Positions 61,399 through 64,000 of a stretch of DNA of 64,000 bases are shown here, piece after piece. The number at the start of each line of letters is the position of its first letter. The first letter of the stretch is position 1. The notes under the pieces are model-generated. The model was not told the origin of the DNA. It saw only the letters and a list, made by a program, of their open reading frames with translations, and did not search any database. Made by a program: the position numbers and the translations under genes. The stretch lies in contig NC_043002.1 of the NCBI RefSeq assembly GCF_006345805.1, positions 113,150,001 to 113,214,000 on the forward strand, given 5' to 3'. The stretch is from Octopus sinensis (Eukaryota).

Positions 61399-63949
61399 CC
61401 TCACTTCGATTCCACATGCCTAGCAACCTTAACCATATAGCAAACAAATTCCAACGTTATTTCCACAGCGTACTCGGCAACCTAATTAAAAGCAATATGA
61501 TAGGACATCAATAACTTTAAAGACGTTAATCATACACACAAAAATTGTCACACTATGTCACGTGTCAAGTACTATAGCCACAATCCGACAACTAGTAAAT
61601 TCCCTTATAAAACACATTTTCAAAACCAGTCAACAAAATCCGCTAAAACGTAAAACATAGTATGTGCACTCTCCACATAGGCCAGGCCTGGTTAAGTCGA
61701 TACCTTATTGAACTGGCTATGTCGTCGTATTAACTAAGGTATTTACTTTTTAGCTAACTAGATGAAAGCGTGAGTAATGCTTGAAGCAATGATTCGATTA
61801 TCTGGTGGAAGAAAAATAGTAATAGTTTATGACTAATATATATTTTGTTATTCTGTCATTAAATAAATACAGTATTTTTAGGCCGGGTGCTTCCATGTTT
61901 AAAAAAAGCACAAAACCCGAACTTCTTCGAAGAAACTGGTGTAGTAGTTATTGTGGAGCCTGGGAGGTTAGACACAACAAGGGTGATGAAAGGAGAGTCA
62001 AGTGGTTGGGAGTACTTGAGTGGAAGTGGTTTGAGTTATATTTTTTGATTCATCATAAAACCGACTTTAGTATAGTTAGTGATCATCAAAATTGGCTCAT
62101 TATCTTAAGTATTACTGATATGAACAGGCCTTTGTGTCAGATTTGAGTTATCGAAAACAGTAAAGTTATTTTTCCATTTAACTGAATATAATGCAGAGGA
62201 ATATCAACAGATTAATTTCTTTTCAAAATGAATATAAAATAAACAATGATTATCGAAAGACCCAGAATAATCGTTATATGGTGCTTCTCTTCAAGAAATT
62301 TTAATAATCCAATATGTCAGAATATAATGTCGTGGAGCCTTCCGTCGTGTTGCAGCTAACAACTAATATATGTACATTGTGTGTGCGTGTATATATACAC
62401 CTATAAAATCTAGTCAGTATACTTGTCGAACAACACAAAACATATGCAAAAAAAGAACATCAAAAGAATTTCTAATTATAATATTTACAGTCTTCGGGGA
62501 TACTTTATCTTTTCAATCCAATGTCTTGGAAAGATATTCTTGTATGTTTGTAGCAATTTTTAGAACTTTGACTTTGTGGAATGGAATATGGAGCAGAAAA
62601 AGCGATAACCTTTCAATGGTTGCTAGCTCTTCTATTGAATATATTAAAACTTATTACTCCATTCACTTCAAAAGATTATTTATTCATTGAAAAACTATTT
62701 TCGATAGCCGAAACAGTCTTATCTACTGAAACCCTCCTTACTTTCTCCCAAAGCAAAACCATATAGAAATTATTCGAAAGGGCAATAATATAATACTAAA
62801 CAAATATGTCTCAATCAACTTATAAATAAAAAAAGAATTCAGTAAGCAACTTTATTTTCGGTTGCTGTCATTTCAAATTACATACGGTACTAATACTCTT
62901 GATAATGCCTTTACAAAAAGTTTGAGCATTACACAATCACATTTCCCCTACATCTATTAATCGATAACCGTTCTATCAAAACAAAAGTCAATTTTTCCCA
63001 CTCTATTTAATAACAGTTTATGTTCGAGTTGGGCCGCGTAAAAAGACTAATTTTACAGCACACTCGCCAGAATGGACTTGTTTCTTACAGATTTTAGCTG
63101 TCCTTTCTATTCTTGTGAACCCATTTACTTAAGATAGCTGGTAAGACACATGCAGAAATGCCTTATCAAAAATGTATTTAGTTCATATGTGTGCGAGTGT
63201 GTATATATTATGACTTGTAATCCTCTTACTAGTTACCCGTGAATGTTCCCTCTCCCTCTCTTTCTCTCTCTCTCTCTTTCTCGTTCTCTCTCCTTCTCCC
63301 CCTCTATATATATATTCATCCTTCTAACTTAATAGCTATGACCATATATATGGAAATAACTGAGGAAGGTCTTACGTAATGGATGCATTTCCTCTTATAT
63401 ATTGCACAAACCTGAAACGTGCATATTAAATGATGAAAAAATATCACTATTTGATTTTATCTCATTATTACAACTTTGTGTGTGTGTGTGTGCGCGTGTG
63501 TATGTGTGTGCGCGCGCGCGTGCATATATGTATGCATAGGCCATGAAATTTCAATTAAGTTAGATTTTAGATATAGTCTGAAAAAATGCACATAGTTTAC
63601 CTCGATAAAAAAATATTATCATAATACTACGAATTTGTTAATATTAATATTTATATTTGAATTCATGAAATGTATTTTTTGTGTTGTGTTGAAACTACAA
63701 TAATCAAAAAAATAAAATATAAATATAAAACATGCCATAAATTACAGATTTTTTACTAAATGTATTCATAATCCTCGACCAATCTATTTGACCTGGAGTT
63801 TGTATTTCAATGGATAGTTTCCTTCTTCAAAATAAACCATCTACAGATGTACATTCTGTTAACCGGTCTGCAGAAATACTGACTGAGAATCCAGGGTGGA
63901 TTTTTCATTTTATTTTTATCTAATACATCTCTGTATGTGCGCGTGCACG

Positions 63950-63997
<48 letters not shown>

Positions 63998-64000
63998 ATA

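Noticed and set aside
62370-62766. Overlapping ORFs with a GPCR-like ERY motif
   Set aside because: Needs a frameshift, lacks other GPCR motifs and has no splice support.

Overview
AT-rich, microsatellite-dense eukaryotic DNA with no confidently identifiable host gene. The SINE heads and cores, the R4 and Tx1 LINE fragments and the microsatellite load are consistent with a cephalopod (octopus-like) genome; this is an inference and no search was run. Most of the ORF track is microsatellite translation. The window holds: three tRNA-derived SINE groups (called A, B, C here; about 30 copies, several with clear TSDs); degenerate Tx1/L1-clade ORF2 copies; R4/Dong-type (restriction-like endonuclease) LINE fragments; three mariner fragments and two MITEs; non-autonomous Helitron-like elements; and Penelope-like terminal fragments carrying minimal hammerhead-ribozyme-like folds and fold-back palindromes. 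The most interesting observations are: (1) an apparent Tx1 mobilisation network, in which a Tx1 LINE, a SINE and an ORF1-only HAL1-like element share a 3' end motif; (2) a ~550-bp non-coding element found only next to (TAA)n repeats, with 5'-truncated copies; (3) a 4 x 184-bp head-less SINE concatemer; (4) minimal type I hammerhead-like motifs with a CCGACGA core variant inside inverted repeats. One weak candidate host exon lies on the minus strand. SINE and fragment boundaries were read by eye and are approximate unless a TSD is given.
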